Of a DNA stretch of 55,966 nucleotides, positions 54,848 through 55,966 are shown piece after piece. Origin of the DNA: Acidimicrobiaceae bacterium (GTDB taxonomy: Bacteria; Actinomycetota; Acidimicrobiia; Acidimicrobiales; RAAP-2); NCBI GenBank assembly GCA_037143535.1, contig JBAWYN010000001.1, positions 1-55,966 of the forward strand, read 5' to 3'. Below the pieces are notes generated by a model. The model was not told the DNA's origin. It made no database searches and saw nothing but the letters and a program-made list of their open reading frames with translations. The position numbers and the translations under genes were made by a program. Position 1 is the stretch's first letter, and the number at the start of each line of letters is the position of its first letter.

Positions 54848-55966
54848 CGCAGCGAATCGAGGTGCTCGAAGAAATTGGGATAGCTAGAAGCGACGGTTGA
54901 CGCACCAGTGATTATTCCGCCATTGCCAGCGGTTGCTGCAACCGCGCTCGACATGACGATTCGGTGATCAAGACCACTGTCGATCGAGAATTCTTGGAAC
55001 AATGCAACATCTCCAAGTCCTTCGATGAAGAAATTGTCCCCCTCGCTCCAGACTTTGCAACCTAAGAGTGAAGCGATGCGCATCGAACCTTCAAAGCGGT
55101 CTGATTCTTTGAGTCGCAGCTCCCCCATGTCAAGAAACGAAGTAACACCTGAGGCAGCAGCTGCTGCCACGCTAAGAGCAGGCACTTCATCAACAGATGG
55201 AATTTCTGAAGCGTGGATTTCAGTTGCAATCAGTTTCGATGTCGACGCCTTTAGTCCAGATTCATCAATTGTGAGACTTCCACCCATGCGTTGCAGCACT
55301 GAGATGAAACCAATTCGCTCCGGAGATGTATCAATTGACCTCACCTGAATCTGAGCATTGGTGTGAACAAGACCTAGGACTGCGAAGAATGCGGCTTGTG
55401 AAGGATCGCCTGGAACAATCCAGTGAGCGGGCCTCGGTCTTCCTGGATGCACAGTCACTGATCTACCAAGGCCCACGTCATGACTATCTATCTGAACTCC
55501 AGCGTGGCGAAGCATGTCTTCAGTTGCACTTCTGGTTCTGACATCCTCGTGAACAGTGCTTGGCTGCGATGCTCTGAGCCCGGCAAAAATGATTGCAGAT
55601 TTCACTTGTGCGCTGGCCTTAGGCACATGGTAACTAATACCTCGGAGGTTGGCTGAACCAGTGATTTGTAGAGGAGGTGTGATGTGCTCACCTTGCCCAG
55701 AGCACTTTGCGCCCATCATTTCCAGAGGATCTGCGACTCGGTCCATTGGTCGTTTGGAAAGTGATGCATCACCAATAAGAGTATGAACGCCTTCAATGCC
55801 GCTCACGATTCCACTCATAAGACGAATTGTCGTTCCCGAATTACCACAGTCGAGATCAGTTTTTGAAACATGAAGACCATCTAGAGGACCAGTGATGACT
55901 ACCTGATCACCACGGTCTTCTCTGACGGCACCCATTGAAGTGAGCATCGTGCTCGTAGAAGAAACG
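54844..55966 (-). CDS. aroA: EPSP synthase, 5' end outside window
   Basis: CGNSGTT.RL, GDASLSKRPM, SAQVKS, ELRLKESDR, DHRI; frame open to the window edge. Confidence 0.95.
   Translation of the reverse strand, partial: VSSTSTMLTSMGAVREDRGDQVVITGPLDGLHVSKTDLDCGNSGTTIRLMSGIVSGIEGVHTLIGDASLSKRPMDRVADPLEMMGAKCSGQGEHITPPLQITGSANLRGISYHVPKASAQVKSAIIFAGLRASQPSTVHEDVRTRSATEDMLRHAGVQIDSHDVGLGRSVTVHPGRPRPAHWIVPGDPSQAAFFAVLGLVHTNAQIQVRSIDTSPERIGFISVLQRMGGSLTIDESGLKASTSKLIATEIHASEIPSVDEVPALSVAAAAASGVTSFLDMGELRLKESDRFEGSMRIASLLGCKVWSEGDNFFIEGLGDVALFQEFSIDSGLDHRIVMSSAVAATAGNGGIITGASTVASSYPNFFEHLDSLR

Overview
Gene-dense chromosomal core region of about 50% GC. It is probably from an Acidimicrobiia-like actinobacterium, inferred from the Pup-proteasome locus, FbiC, DUF4193 and protein style. 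It holds a 28-bp actinobacterial-type dif site at 2099-2126, which places the window at the replication terminus; most genes to its right are on the minus strand. Main content: partial photolyase-related gene and DUF2256, two SDRs, a Fluc/CrcB pair, HtrA, tandem-domain ThyX, the arc-dop-pup-prcB-prcA-pafA locus followed by lepB-tatB-tatC-helY (no pafBC), trmI, tkt-tal-pgi, fbiC, LOG, an acyl-CoA ligase, gltBD, thiO-thiS, tRNA-Pro(GGG), acs, split trp genes, der, ispH, plsC-cmk-aroA. I saw no transposase, integrase, phage gene or CRISPR array, and no clear multi-gene novel system. The best leads are small-scale: an inverted degenerate dif-like site with a 12-bp spacer beside dif (CTX-attP-like geometry), tal and pgi in frame across one amber codon, a structured 30-nt gltB leader, a signal peptidase in the usual pafBC slot, a Fluc pair lacking the Phe box, an archless HelY, and an unknown 102-aa membrane protein with twin palindromic operators. 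Many genes look leaderless. All product calls come from motif recognition, not database searches.
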